Translations under genes and position numbers: made by a program
Part shown: piece after piece, positions 1 through 8,991 of the stretch
Position numbering within the stretch: position 1 is the first letter of the stretch
Layout of the letters: every line of letters begins with the position of its first letter
The notes under the pieces: model-generated
The model's input: the letters and a program-made list of their open reading frames with translations, nothing else
Told to the model about the DNA's origin: nothing
Databases searched by the model: none
Source of the DNA: Acidimicrobiia bacterium
Lineage (GTDB): Bacteria > Actinomycetota > Acidimicrobiia > Spongiisociales > ZC4RG35
Length of the DNA: 64,000 nt
Assembly (NCBI GenBank): GCA_035544615.1
Contig: DATKEA010000017.1
Span: 1,949 to 65,948, forward strand
Reading direction: 5' to 3'

Positions 1-273
1 GGCATCGATGGTGGGATTGCTCGGGATCAGCCCGGGGTTGGCGAAGACGGCGGCTCGTTCCTTGAACGAGACCGACATGGTGACCAGGAATGGAGCGAGG
101 GTCCATACCACCAGTGCCACCAGGGGGAGGGCAAGCAGAAACTGACGCAGCCCCCGCCGGATCCTGGTGCCGGCGGGTCGCCGGGCCTCCGGTGGCGGCC
201 CGGTGACGGCCTCGGCAGCCTTGGCGGTGGCTGTGGCGAAGGCCGGCTCGTCGCCCCGGTGGAGGTCGCTCAT
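1..273 (-). CDS. Carbohydrate ABC transporter permease (MalG/UgpE-like), N-terminal part; the gene runs off the window edge
   Basis: Reverse translation from the ATG at 273..271 gives MSDLHRGDEP...LALPLVALVVWTLAPFLVTMSVSFK, typical of the N-terminal TM segment of a sugar ABC permease. It makes an ATGA start/stop overlap with the upstream permease, consistent with translational coupling. Confidence 0.6.
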   Translation of the reverse strand, partial: MSDLHRGDEPAFATATAKAAEAVTGPPPEARRPAGTRIRRGLRQFLLALPLVALVVWTLAPFLVTMSVSFKERAAVFANPGLIPSNPTIDA

Positions 274-1229
274 AAGTCGAACTCGTATCGTCTGCCGATG
301 GCCACGTAGCCCAGAGTGAGCAGGGCGTTGAGGATGAGGATGAAGGTGGCGATAGCGAGAGCTGCCTCGAACTCGAGATTGCGGAACGCCACTGTGTACA
401 TCTCCATCGCCACGGTTTGGGTTGCTTTGAGCGGCCCTCCGCCGGTGAGGGCGAGAACCACACCCAGGCCGGTCAAGGTCGAGTAGCTGAGCCATACCGT
501 GCTGATCAGGAGTTGCGGTGCCAACAAGGGGATGGTGAGGTGTCTTGCCCTGGTCCATCCGGTGGCGCCGTCGACCAGTGCTGCATCGAGGTATGACCGG
601 TCCACAGCCATCAGCCCACCAAGGAGGACCAGGATGGTGAGCGGTAGGTCGGTCCACACCTGGGTGAAGATCACTGTGACCATGGCCAGACCCGGGCTGG
701 CCAACCATGAGGGACCGTCGAAACCGAAGAACTCGATGGTCCGGTTGAGCAACCCGAATTGGCCGTTGAACAGGATCCGGAACATGACCGCTGCCGCCAC
801 GTTGGAGATGATGTAGGGCGCAACGGTTATCGCTCTCAAGAACCGCAACTTCTCGACCACCCGGAACAAGGCGAACGAGAAGAACAACCCGAGCCCGGTC
901 CCGAGGATGAGCGACCCGAATACAAAGACCGCGGTCCGGTTGAGCGAGTGCCAGAAGGCCGCCGACCGGAACATTCCGGCGTAGTTGGCGAGACCGACCC
1001 ACTCGAGCGGCGAGCCGAGTGTTTCCCTGGTGAACAGGCTCTGCCATATGCCATAGAGGACGGGAAACCCGAGTACGGCCGCTACCAGGAGGATGGCCGG
1101 CAGAGTGAACAGATACGGTGTCGACGCGGCCTGGCCGATCACCGAGTTGCTGTTCTGGCCGGGTCGGGTACGGCGTTGCCAGGGTCGGCGACCGCGCTTG
1201 TTTCGTTTTTGGATCGTGGTCGCGGTCAT
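270..1229 (-). CDS. Carbohydrate ABC transporter permease (MalF/UgpA-like)
   Basis: 319 aa polytopic membrane protein with the permease EAA-loop region (..DAALVDGATGWTRARHLTIPLLAP..), located next to a solute-binding protein gene. Confidence 0.8.
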   Translation of the reverse strand: MTATTIQKRNKRGRRPWQRRTRPGQNSNSVIGQAASTPYLFTLPAILLVAAVLGFPVLYGIWQSLFTRETLGSPLEWVGLANYAGMFRSAAFWHSLNRTAVFVFGSLILGTGLGLFFSFALFRVVEKLRFLRAITVAPYIISNVAAAVMFRILFNGQFGLLNRTIEFFGFDGPSWLASPGLAMVTVIFTQVWTDLPLTILVLLGGLMAVDRSYLDAALVDGATGWTRARHLTIPLLAPQLLISTVWLSYSTLTGLGVVLALTGGGPLKATQTVAMEMYTVAFRNLEFEAALAIATFILILNALLTLGYVAIGRRYEFDL

Positions 1230-1319
1230 CGACTAATCACCGGGGTGGTATCTCGGTTCGTTGCAGAGCGCACCCGCATCTGTGATACGGGTGCGCTCGT
1301 CGTTCAGTCGGCTCCTCGG

Positions 1320-2729
1320 CTACGTGGCGTCGAGTTGTGGTTGGTACTCGGCTGCCAGCTCTTCGGCGGTCTTGTCGGTCCCCAGCACGATCTCACCGAA
1401 CATCTGCTCGAGAATACCTTCCACCTCCCCGGCGTTGGGGCCGGCGGGGGTCGGGGTGCTTCCCAGGTACGCCTCCTTGAGGTCGTCGGTGAAGAACGGC
1501 CAGATCTCGAGGAGACGGGGGTCGTCGATCGCCTCGGTTTGCCTCATCGGCACCGAACCGTTGCCCGCAGCCTCGATCAGGTTGTCGGTCGCCGCGATGT
1601 ACCTCAGGATCAACGCCGCCTCTTCAGGGTGCTCGGCTCCGGAGGTGACCGCCCAGGTGCGAGCGGCGGAGAGGGCAACACCGTCGGCGCCGCCCCCGGA
1701 GCGGGAGAGCGGGACGGGAGTCAGATTCCACTGATCGGGGTAGGCGAAGTCGGCGGCTTCGTTGAAATCGCCGGCGGTGGTGAACCCATCCAGGATCAAT
1801 CCGGCGTCACCCGAGACAAACGCTCCTCGTGACTCGTCCTCACCCCAGGCAATCGCCTCCGGCGGGAGAAGCCCTTCGTTGGCGGCCTGGATGAACCAGT
1901 TGATTGTGTAGATCCCGCCTTCGGAGGTGAGATCCGGAACCGCCCCGTTGAATGGGGCGCCGGCCGCGGCGAGCATCGTCTTCAGCGTGGTCACGCCGTC
2001 GCCCGCCCTCGCCTGAACGGTGAATGGGATCGAGCCGGGGCGAGAGGCTTCCATGGCCCGCATCCCGTCCAGCACGCCGTCCAATGACTCGAATGGCGTC
2101 TCGACTCCCGCCTCCTCGAGCCATTCGGTGTTGTAGTAGAGGATGTCGAAGTTGGCGGTCACCGAGAGTCCGGTCTTTGCCCCGTCGATGGCGGTCTCGT
2201 CCCAGGCCAGGGGCAAGAGCTTGTTGTACAGATCGGGGTCTTCTTCTTCCCATTGGGCCGCGATCGGGTCGTGGGGAGCCAGCAACCCGGCCTCCACGAA
2301 GTTCTCGATCAGGAACGAGTCCTCAGCCCCGAGGATGTCGGGCAAGGGCTGACCGGCGTCCTGCATCCGCAGCATCTGCTGCAGGATGTCGTCGTTGGCC
2401 TGCACATCGAAGGTGACGTTGATGTTCGGGTGCTCCGCCATGAAGCTCTCGAACCCGTCCGGTGGGATGTAGTAGGGCCGGGTCACCCAAACCAGGATGT
2501 CGACCTCCTCCATGTCCTCGCCGCCGGCGGTGGTGTCGGTGTCACCTCCGTCTGCCGTGGTCTCGGTGTCGCCACCCGCTGTGGTGGTGGTGGTGGTGTC
2601 TGCGTCGTCGCCGGCACAGGCTGCAATCACCAGCCCCAGAGCCAGTAGTAGAGCAAGTATTCGATGGTTAGTTGGTTGGATCTGGCCTGGTGAGGCGGAT
2701 CCAGCGCGCCGTTTCCGTCTGAAGATCAC
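1320..2729 (-). CDS. Sugar ABC transporter substrate-binding lipoprotein
   Basis: Long extracellular solute-binding fold. The N-terminus has a positively charged region (RRKRR), a hydrophobic stretch and a lipobox (LVIAAC). The proposed start is the GTG at 2729, which lies 7 nt downstream of a GGAG. The ORF-track start at 2810 is probably too long. Confidence 0.7.
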   Translation of the reverse strand: MIFRRKRRAGSASPGQIQPTNHRILALLLALGLVIAACAGDDADTTTTTTAGGDTETTADGGDTDTTAGGEDMEEVDILVWVTRPYYIPPDGFESFMAEHPNINVTFDVQANDDILQQMLRMQDAGQPLPDILGAEDSFLIENFVEAGLLAPHDPIAAQWEEEDPDLYNKLLPLAWDETAIDGAKTGLSVTANFDILYYNTEWLEEAGVETPFESLDGVLDGMRAMEASRPGSIPFTVQARAGDGVTTLKTMLAAAGAPFNGAVPDLTSEGGIYTINWFIQAANEGLLPPEAIAWGEDESRGAFVSGDAGLILDGFTTAGDFNEAADFAYPDQWNLTPVPLSRSGGGADGVALSAARTWAVTSGAEHPEEAALILRYIAATDNLIEAAGNGSVPMRQTEAIDDPRLLEIWPFFTDDLKEAYLGSTPTPAGPNAGEVEGILEQMFGEIVLGTDKTAEELAAEYQPQLDAT

Positions 2730-2895
2730 TGATTCTTCTCCTCCCGTATCGATGCCTGCGATGGGCCCCGAGCGCCTATGCAGATGAGAAATCGCGGATC
2801 TTTCCTGCACTATGTAGAATACCGACTATTCGTAACACGGTCAAGCGGGCCCCGGAGCATGATTCGGGCGCTACCGATCGTCGAGAGGAGATGAC

Positions 2896-3891
2896 ATGGA
2901 ATCGGTGAGAGTGGCCTCGATCGGACTCGGTTGGTGGGGTGGAAACTTGGCCGATAAGGCGCGTTTGGCCGGTCTCGAGGTGGTGGGCGCGTTCGCCCGG
3001 GGCCAGGAGCAACGTGAGGAGTTTGCCCGTCTTCATGGGGGCCGGCCCGCATCGTCCCTCGACGATCTTCTCTCTGATGCCGAGGTCGAGGCAGTGATGA
3101 TCGCAACGCCTCACTCGACTCATGCCGATCTGGTGGTTGCCGCAGCGGAGGCGGGCAAGCACATCTTCGTCGACAAACCGTTCACGTTGAGCGTGGCGGA
3201 GGCCAAGCGAGCGACCGCGGCGGCTGATCGAGCCGGCGTGGTGCTCCAGGTCGGTCACAACCGCCGGCGTCAGCCGGCGACGCGTCGGCTCAAGCAGATG
3301 GTGGATGGCGGCGAGCTGGGGATGGTCCACTACGCGGAAGCGAATCTGTCCTACCCCAAAGGGCTCAACCCTCGAACCGGTTGGCGTGGTGATCCGGCCG
3401 AAAGCCCGGCCGGCGGGATGACCGGGCTGGGAGTCCACATGGCCGACAATCTCATCTATCTCCTCGGCCAGGTCGCAAGGGTCGCCGCCTTCAGCAAGAG
3501 AATCATCGGAGTCGGCAGTCTCGATGACGCCACGACCGCGACCTTGGAGTTCCACAGTGGTCCCCTCGCCGCTCTTGGCACCGCGATGGTGATACCGGAC
3601 ATCGCCCGAACCGCCGTCTGGGGGACTGAGGCCGCCGCGTGGAATGAGGTCGATGGCGAGCGCTTCTACCTTCAGCGGACCGGGGAGAAGGATCGCACAG
3701 AAAAGCCGGTGGACACCCTGGACACCGTGAAGGACGAATTGGAGGAGTTCGCCACCAACGTGCGCACCGGCGCCCGACCCGAGACCGGCGGCCCCGAGGC
3801 GCTGGAAGTGGTCGCGGTCCTCGAGGGCATCGTCGAGAGCGTACAAACAGGGAGCGTGGTGGATCTGGACGTGGTGCGAGCGCGGGCGTGA
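2896..3891 (+). CDS. Gfo/Idh/MocA family NAD(P)-dependent oxidoreductase
   Basis: N-terminal Rossmann motif IGLGWWGG and the EKP-like motif ..HIFVDKPF.., divergent from the sugar ABC transporter operon. Confidence 0.8.
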   Translation: MESVRVASIGLGWWGGNLADKARLAGLEVVGAFARGQEQREEFARLHGGRPASSLDDLLSDAEVEAVMIATPHSTHADLVVAAAEAGKHIFVDKPFTLSVAEAKRATAAADRAGVVLQVGHNRRRQPATRRLKQMVDGGELGMVHYAEANLSYPKGLNPRTGWRGDPAESPAGGMTGLGVHMADNLIYLLGQVARVAAFSKRIIGVGSLDDATTATLEFHSGPLAALGTAMVIPDIARTAVWGTEAAAWNEVDGERFYLQRTGEKDRTEKPVDTLDTVKDELEEFATNVRTGARPETGGPEALEVVAVLEGIVESVQTGSVVDLDVVRARA

Positions 3892-3923
3892 GGGACGGGG
3901 CGCCACACCGGGGGCGCCATCGC

Positions 3924-4089
3924 CGTTGGTTGCGGGGTCCGGTGAGGGCGGGTCAGTCCTGGTCGCTGGGTAATCTCCTATTGGCTCCCACCTTTGGGGG
4001 GTGGTGTAACCGGTAGCACCGTTGGTTGCGGGGTCCTGTAGGGCGGTTCAGTCATGGCCGCTTAGTAATCTCACTTTGGCTCCCACTAT
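3924..4089 (+). repeat. Two tandem copies of a ~96 bp degenerate tRNA-Gln-like unit (pseudo-tRNA copies), about 90% identical to each other, immediately upstream of the intact tRNA-Gln
   Basis: Unit 3924..4019 matches 4020..4115 by eye with about 10 mismatches. Each unit contains an intact acceptor/D-arm sequence (tggggggtggtgtaaccggtagcac) followed by a decayed anticodon/T-arm. The second unit reads straight into the functional tRNA. Confidence 0.5.
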
Positions 4090-4161
4090 TGGGGGGTGGT
4101 GTAACCGGTAGCACGGCAGGTTTTGGTCCTGTAAGAGCGGGTTCGAGTCCTGCCCCCCCAG
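4090..4161 (+). tRNA. tRNA-Gln (anticodon TTG)
   Basis: A cloverleaf folds by hand: 7 bp acceptor (tgggggg/cccccca), D-arm, anticodon stem gcagg/cctgt with loop ttTTGgt, and T-arm gcggg-ttcgagt-cctgc. tRNA-Gln-glmU-prs is a conserved actinobacterial arrangement. Confidence 0.85.
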
Positions 4162-4184
4162 CGTCAGCCACCGAAAGGTACGAC

Positions 4185-5573
4185 TTGCCAGTTCATGTGG
4201 TGATCCTCGCTGCCGGCGAGGGCAAGAGAATGAGGTCCGATCTGCCCAAGGTGGCCCACATGGCGGCGGGGCGGTCGTTGATCGGTTGGGTTCTGGAGGC
4301 GGTCCGTCCTCTGGAGGCGGCCAGCACCGTTGTTGTCGTCGGTCATGGGGCCGACATGGTCGACCCGCATCTTCCCCAAGGGGTTCTCTCCGCAGTTCAG
4401 AGTGAACAGCTCGGAACCGGGCACGCCACCCAAGTGGGCCTCGACGCACTCGACGAAGTGGAACCCGATGACACGATCATGGTCCTCTACGGGGACATGC
4501 CGTTGCTCAGTGACGGTCTGCTGAGAAGCCTGGCTGATCGATCTCCCGACGTGGCGGCTCGTCTGGTGACCTCGACCTTCGATGACCCCACCGGCTATGG
4601 CCGTGTCATCAGGGACGGTCGTGGGTTGGTAGAGAAGATCGTGGAGGAGCGGGATTGTGACGATGCCCAGCGGGCGGTGCGGGAAATCAACGCCGGCTCG
4701 TACGCGTTTCGGGCCAAGGACCTGATCGATGCTCTCAGCCTCGTTTCCAACGACAATGCGCAGGGTGAGTATTACCTGACCGACGTGGTTGGGATCCTGG
4801 TGGGGAGAGGGGAGCGTTTGGAACCGGTGGAGACCGCACCCGAGGAGGTGGTCGGTATCAATTCTCAGAGCCAATTGTCGGAGGCAACCCGACTCTTGCA
4901 GAAGCGCATCAATCAGAGGCTGCTCGAATCGGGGGTGTGGATTCTCGATCCCGACCGAACCTACATCGACGACACAGTGTCGGTCGAGCCTGGGGCCAGG
5001 ATCTATCCCGGGGTCCATCTCGAGGGAGAAACCAGCGTCGGAGCGGGAGCGCACGTCGGGCCCGATGTCTTTGCCGTCGATTCCACCATTGGTGCCGGTT
5101 CGACCGTGTGGTACGCGGTGCTACGAGGGGCGATGATCGGGGAGGATTGTCATGTCGGCCCATACGCCTCTTTGCGTCAGGGCACGGTTCTGGAGAAGGG
5201 TGCCAAGGTCGGGACTTTTGTGGAGACCAAGAACACCACGCTCGGTGAGAAGGCCAAAGCACCTCATCTCTCGTATCTAGGCGACGCAACCATCGGCGCC
5301 CGATCCAACATCGGCGCCGGGTCGATCACCTGCAACTATGACGGCTATCAGAAACACCGAACCGAGATCGGTGAAGAGGTCTTCATCGGATCGGACACCA
5401 TGCTGGTTGCCCCGGTGAGGATCGGAGACCGCGCTGTCACCGGCGCCGGTTCGGTGATAACGGAGGACGTCGACGAAGGCGCCCTTGCCGTTGAGCGGAG
5501 CGAGCAGCGCCTGATCGACGGCTACTCTGAAAGGCGAGCCAAGAGACATGCCGCCAACGAAACAGAGGACTGA
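4185..5573 (+). CDS. glmU: Bifunctional UDP-N-acetylglucosamine pyrophosphorylase / glucosamine-1-phosphate N-acetyltransferase
   Basis: N-terminal nucleotidyltransferase motif (VVILAAGEGKRMRS) and a C-terminal left-handed beta-helix of hexapeptide repeats. Start set at the TTG at 4185, downstream of AAAGG. The ORF-track start at 4026 would overlap the tRNA. Confidence 0.85.
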   Translation: MPVHVVILAAGEGKRMRSDLPKVAHMAAGRSLIGWVLEAVRPLEAASTVVVVGHGADMVDPHLPQGVLSAVQSEQLGTGHATQVGLDALDEVEPDDTIMVLYGDMPLLSDGLLRSLADRSPDVAARLVTSTFDDPTGYGRVIRDGRGLVEKIVEERDCDDAQRAVREINAGSYAFRAKDLIDALSLVSNDNAQGEYYLTDVVGILVGRGERLEPVETAPEEVVGINSQSQLSEATRLLQKRINQRLLESGVWILDPDRTYIDDTVSVEPGARIYPGVHLEGETSVGAGAHVGPDVFAVDSTIGAGSTVWYAVLRGAMIGEDCHVGPYASLRQGTVLEKGAKVGTFVETKNTTLGEKAKAPHLSYLGDATIGARSNIGAGSITCNYDGYQKHRTEIGEEVFIGSDTMLVAPVRIGDRAVTGAGSVITEDVDEGALAVERSEQRLIDGYSERRAKRHAANETED

Positions 5574-6546
5574 GTTGGACATAGTTTCCCGCAACCGAAT
5601 GATGCTGTTCACCGGGGGCGCCAACATCCCCCTCGCTGAAGAGGTGGCGGAGGTCCTGGGCGTGGCGCTGGGTGACCTCGAGCGGTCGCGGTTCGCCAAT
5701 GGTGAGCTCTACATCCGCCCCGGTGAGAGTGTCCGTGGGGCGGACTGCTATGTGATGCAGTCTCACTGCGAGCCCATGAATGACAACATCATGGAGCAGC
5801 TGATAACGATCGATGCGCTGAAGAGGGCGTCCGCGCGTCGCATCACCGCGGTGATGCCCTACTTCGGATACTCGAGGCAGGACAAGAAGGTCAGGCCGCG
5901 GGAGCCGATCACCGCTCGGCTGGTCGGGGACCTATTCATGACGGCGGGCGCCGACCGGTTGGTCTCGGTGGACCTGCACACCGGCCAGCTGCAGGGATTC
6001 ATCCACAAGCCGTTCGACTCACTGACCGCGCTTCCCATCATCACCGATTATCTATCCCAGCGGCTCGATGGCCCGACGACCGTCCTCTCCCCGGACGCTG
6101 GCGGGGTGAAGCGAGCCGAGCGGTATGCCAGATTTCTCGATGCCTCCGTCGCCTTCGTGTACAAACGGCGCGATCCGACCGAGCACAACGTCTCTTCGGC
6201 GTTGGCGATGGCGGGATCGGTCAAGGACCGGCATGTCGTGATCGTCGATGACATCATCGATACGGCGGGGACGGTCACCAACGCGGCCGAGATGGTCCAT
6301 GCCCAGGGCGCGCTCAGCGTGCGCATCGCGGCCACCCACGGTGTGTTCTCCGATCCTGCGGTTGACCGGATCAAGAACGCACCGGTAGAGGAAGTGATCG
6401 TTACCAATACCCTGCCCGTGTCATCCGAGGCACTGGAGCTGGACAAAGTTCAAGTCCTGTCGATAGCGCCGATACTGGCCGAGACCCTGCAGGCGATCTT
6501 CATGGATTCTTCGGTCTCGGAGATCTTTCTCGGCGAGAACGCCTAG
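5548..6546 (+). CDS. prs: Ribose-phosphate pyrophosphokinase (PRPP synthetase)
   Basis: Typical Prs sequence, including the PRPP-binding loop (VVIVDDIIDTAGT). An alternative start at the ATG at 5599 would remove the overlap with glmU. Confidence 0.85.
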   Translation: MPPTKQRTELDIVSRNRMMLFTGGANIPLAEEVAEVLGVALGDLERSRFANGELYIRPGESVRGADCYVMQSHCEPMNDNIMEQLITIDALKRASARRITAVMPYFGYSRQDKKVRPREPITARLVGDLFMTAGADRLVSVDLHTGQLQGFIHKPFDSLTALPIITDYLSQRLDGPTTVLSPDAGGVKRAERYARFLDASVAFVYKRRDPTEHNVSSALAMAGSVKDRHVVIVDDIIDTAGTVTNAAEMVHAQGALSVRIAATHGVFSDPAVDRIKNAPVEEVIVTNTLPVSSEALELDKVQVLSIAPILAETLQAIFMDSSVSEIFLGENA

Positions 6547-6586
6547 GGCCCCGTTCCGCCCCGGCACTTCCTACACTCCCGGCCTC

Positions 6587-7915
6587 GTGAGTGCGCGTCA
6601 TCGCCAGCCAGCCTCCCCAACCCAAGCACGGTTTCGCGCCCTCATCATCGGCTTGGTCGCAGTCTTCCTGATTGCCTTCTTCTTCCTGCGCGGGTTGGGT
6701 GAGGGCGGTCCGAGCGACAGCACCGTTCCCGAGGACGGTGGCGCCAGCACCTCGACGCCTGACGTCACGGTCACCACCAACCCCGACGCGTCTGCTACCA
6801 CCATCGCCGGCAGTGCAGGGGCCACAGGCGACCTCCCCGCCTTGCAGGGAGTCGAGCTCCAGACCGTGGCCGAGGGCTTGCGGCAACCCACGGTGCTGAC
6901 GGCACCGGTCGGAGACGAGCGGCTTTTCGTGGTGGAGAGGGTGGGTGTGATCCGGATCCTCGACCCCGATCGCCGGCTCTTGGATGCGGCGTTCCTCGAT
7001 ATCTCGGACCGGGTCCTGGCCAACGGCATCGAGCAAGGCCTCCTCGGGCTCACCTTCCACCCGGACTATGCGAGCAATGGCCGCTTCTTCGTCTACTACA
7101 CCGACAGAGACGGCCGCCGGCAGCTCTCCGAGTTCCAGGTTTCGGTCTCCGACCCGAATCTCAGCTCGCCCGACACCGAGACGGTGCTGATCGAGCGCGA
7201 GCAGCCACCCGACGCCACCGACATCCGTCACTATGCGGGCCAGCTGGGGTTCGGGCCCGAGGGATATCTATGGGTTTCTTTGGGCGACGGCGCCGACTCG
7301 AGGGCTCAGGGCCAGGATCCGAACACACTGTTCGGCACGGTGTCCCGCATCGATGTGGACAGCGGCGACCCCTATGCGATCCCACCCGAGAACCCATTCG
7401 TGGAGAGCGGCGGGGCGCCCGAGGTTTGGGCCTACGGGTTGAGGAACCCGTGGCGGTTCTCCATCGACCCGATCGACCGGTTGATCTACATCGCCGACGT
7501 CGGTCACGCCGACCAGGAGGAGATCAACGTCCTGCCGATCGACGAAGGTGGGTTCAATCTTGGTTGGTCCGACGTGGAGGGGACGCGGTGCTTTCATGTG
7601 CAGGACTGTGACCTGGAGAACTACACCGCTCCGGTCCTCACCTACAGCCATGACGAGGGGTGCTCGATCACAGGCGGATTCGTCTATCGGGGGAGCGCGA
7701 TTCCCGAGTTGACCGGCACCTACTTCTACAGCGACTGGTGCTCGCAGTGGATCAAGTCTTTCAAGTATGCCGACGGTCAGTTGACCGAGGAACGAGATTG
7801 GACGGCCGACCTCGGACAGATCGGGCAGATCAACAGCTTCGGCCTGGGTGGCGACGGTGAGCTCTATGCCATCACCCACGATGGCGTGGTCGCCCAGTTC
7901 GTAGCCAACCGCTAA
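6587..7915 (+). CDS. PQQ-dependent sugar dehydrogenase (soluble glucose/sorbosone dehydrogenase family), membrane-anchored
   Basis: N-terminal TM segment, a Thr/Pro-rich linker, then sGDH-type beta-propeller motifs (GLLGLTFHPDY, HYAGQLGFGPEGYLWVSLGDG, GLRNPWRFS). Confidence 0.7.
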   Translation: MSARHRQPASPTQARFRALIIGLVAVFLIAFFFLRGLGEGGPSDSTVPEDGGASTSTPDVTVTTNPDASATTIAGSAGATGDLPALQGVELQTVAEGLRQPTVLTAPVGDERLFVVERVGVIRILDPDRRLLDAAFLDISDRVLANGIEQGLLGLTFHPDYASNGRFFVYYTDRDGRRQLSEFQVSVSDPNLSSPDTETVLIEREQPPDATDIRHYAGQLGFGPEGYLWVSLGDGADSRAQGQDPNTLFGTVSRIDVDSGDPYAIPPENPFVESGGAPEVWAYGLRNPWRFSIDPIDRLIYIADVGHADQEEINVLPIDEGGFNLGWSDVEGTRCFHVQDCDLENYTAPVLTYSHDEGCSITGGFVYRGSAIPELTGTYFYSDWCSQWIKSFKYADGQLTEERDWTADLGQIGQINSFGLGGDGELYAITHDGVVAQFVANR

Positions 7916-8244
7916 CCACCCGAGGGAAGAGTCACCACCTCGCCCGGGTAGATGAGGTCGGGGTCGCCCGAGTGGAGCCGATCTCGGTTGGCGTCGATCA
8001 CCGTCCGCCAGAACGGAGCGACCTCGTCGTCGCTCGCGGTCCTTCCCAACTCCTGGTCGAGGTGGACCTGGCTGATCTTCCACAGATGGTCACCCGGTTG
8101 CACCACCACCGACGTGGGGGCCGGTACAGAACGCTGCCCGACCGGCACGAAAGCCACCTCGCCGGCAGGCTCGGCCAGGGCAACAGAGCTGACCGCTGAC
8201 ACGAGCATGGCGAGAATCATGGTCCCGACTCGATGCCTCCCCAT
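7912..8244 (-). CDS. Secreted LysM (peptidoglycan-binding) domain protein
   Basis: Signal peptide followed by a LysM-like stretch (VQPGDHLWKIS ... GDPDLIYPGEVVTLP). Confidence 0.5.
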   Translation of the reverse strand: MGRHRVGTMILAMLVSAVSSVALAEPAGEVAFVPVGQRSVPAPTSVVVQPGDHLWKISQVHLDQELGRTASDDEVAPFWRTVIDANRDRLHSGDPDLIYPGEVVTLPSGG

Positions 8245-8318
8245 CCCTCCAAGGTATGCCGCAATTCGGCTCGAGAGAAGGGGGTTACGATGGCCGGGCC
8301 GGTAAGTCAGGAGCAGGA

Positions 8319-8546
8319 ATGAGAGTCCGTATCGGAATCACCGATACCAGCAAGGTTGTCGAGCTGGATGTCGACGACGTCAAAGAGTTTCAGGAAGAGT
8401 TGGAGCGGGCTGTCGCCGACGGCGGTCTCGCCTGGTTCAGCGATACCAAGGGCCGGACAGTGGGGATCCCGATCAGTGGGTTGGCTTTCGTCGAGATAGA
8501 GACCTCAGAGGGCGGTCATGCGGTGGGATTCGCGCCGGCGGTATGA
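8319..8546 (+). CDS. DUF3107 family protein
   Basis: MRVRIGITDTSKVVELDVDD... resembles the conserved actinobacterial DUF3107. The ATG at 8319 is preceded by GGAGCAGGA. Confidence 0.55.
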   Translation: MRVRIGITDTSKVVELDVDDVKEFQEELERAVADGGLAWFSDTKGRTVGIPISGLAFVEIETSEGGHAVGFAPAV

Positions 8547-8590
8547 GAAGAGCGCACCGGAGTGCGCTCTCCCAACAGTCGAGCAGCGGG

Positions 8591-8869
8591 TCAGATCGAA
8601 CGTCGCCGACGCTCGGCCAGCCACCGCTTGCGGAGCCGGCGTCGATCGTCCTCGGCGAACCCGCCCCAGACCCCGGACTCCTGGTTGGTCTCGAGGGCAT
8701 ACTGGAGACAGGATTCCTGCACCGGGCAGGTGGAACAGATGGCGACCGCGGCCTCGATGTGATCGACGGCAGGCCCTGTGGTTCCAATCGGGAAGAACAG
8801 CGCAGGTTCGGAATCCCGGCACGCGGCCAGATCCCTCCAGTCTGTTGTGATGGTGGTTGTTGTGAGCAA
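8591..8869 (-). CDS. whiB: WhiB-family transcriptional regulator (Fe-S cluster, Wbl)
   Basis: Four-Cys motif (C...C..C.....C) with the WhiB signature W..A.C and the G(V)WGG turn, and a basic C-terminus. Confidence 0.85.
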   Translation of the reverse strand: MLTTTTITTDWRDLAACRDSEPALFFPIGTTGPAVDHIEAAVAICSTCPVQESCLQYALETNQESGVWGGFAEDDRRRLRKRWLAERRRRSI

Positions 8870-8886
8870 GAGCTTCTTCCTACCTT

Positions 8887-8902
8887 TGTGATGTTTTTCA
8901 CA
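8887..8902. promoter_or_regulatory. Perfect CRP/GlxR-type palindrome TGTGA-N6-TCACA, 18 bp upstream of the whiB start codon
   Basis: The sequence tgtgatgtttttcaca is read directly from the window. Confidence 0.35.
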
Positions 8903-8991
8903 AGCGTTCCCGGCAGTTCAAGCCCGGGAACCGTGGATTTCCGCACCTGACGATACTGTCCGGGACCTCCTGTGTAAACGGTTTTCTTTGA

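Noticed and set aside
2730-2895. Partial palindrome agaataccgactattcg between the sugar ABC operon and the oxidoreductase as a LacI/ROK operator
   Set aside because: Imperfect 5-6 bp arms, and no regulator gene is nearby in the window to support it.
2776-3906. 376 aa ORF antisense to the Gfo/Idh/MocA gene. Similar long antisense ORFs occur at 759..1832, 14237..15208, 15849..16667, 19686..21008, 28922..29977, 41282..42025, 49030..50280, 50281..51354 and 55901..57577.
   Set aside because: High-GC genomes produce long stop-free antisense frames. The translations are Arg/Pro/Gly-rich low complexity with no recognisable motifs, and the opposite strand carries a well-supported gene in every case.
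3900-4170. Possible CRISPR array suggested by the tandem ~96 bp repeats
   Set aside because: The units are contiguous with no spacers and are tRNA-derived. No cas genes are present and the periodicity is wrong for CRISPR.
4026-4184. ORF-track N-terminal extension of glmU starting at 4026
   Set aside because: It would run through the tRNA-Gln gene and its pseudo-copies. A TTG start at 4185 with an upstream AAAGG fits the conserved GlmU N-terminus.
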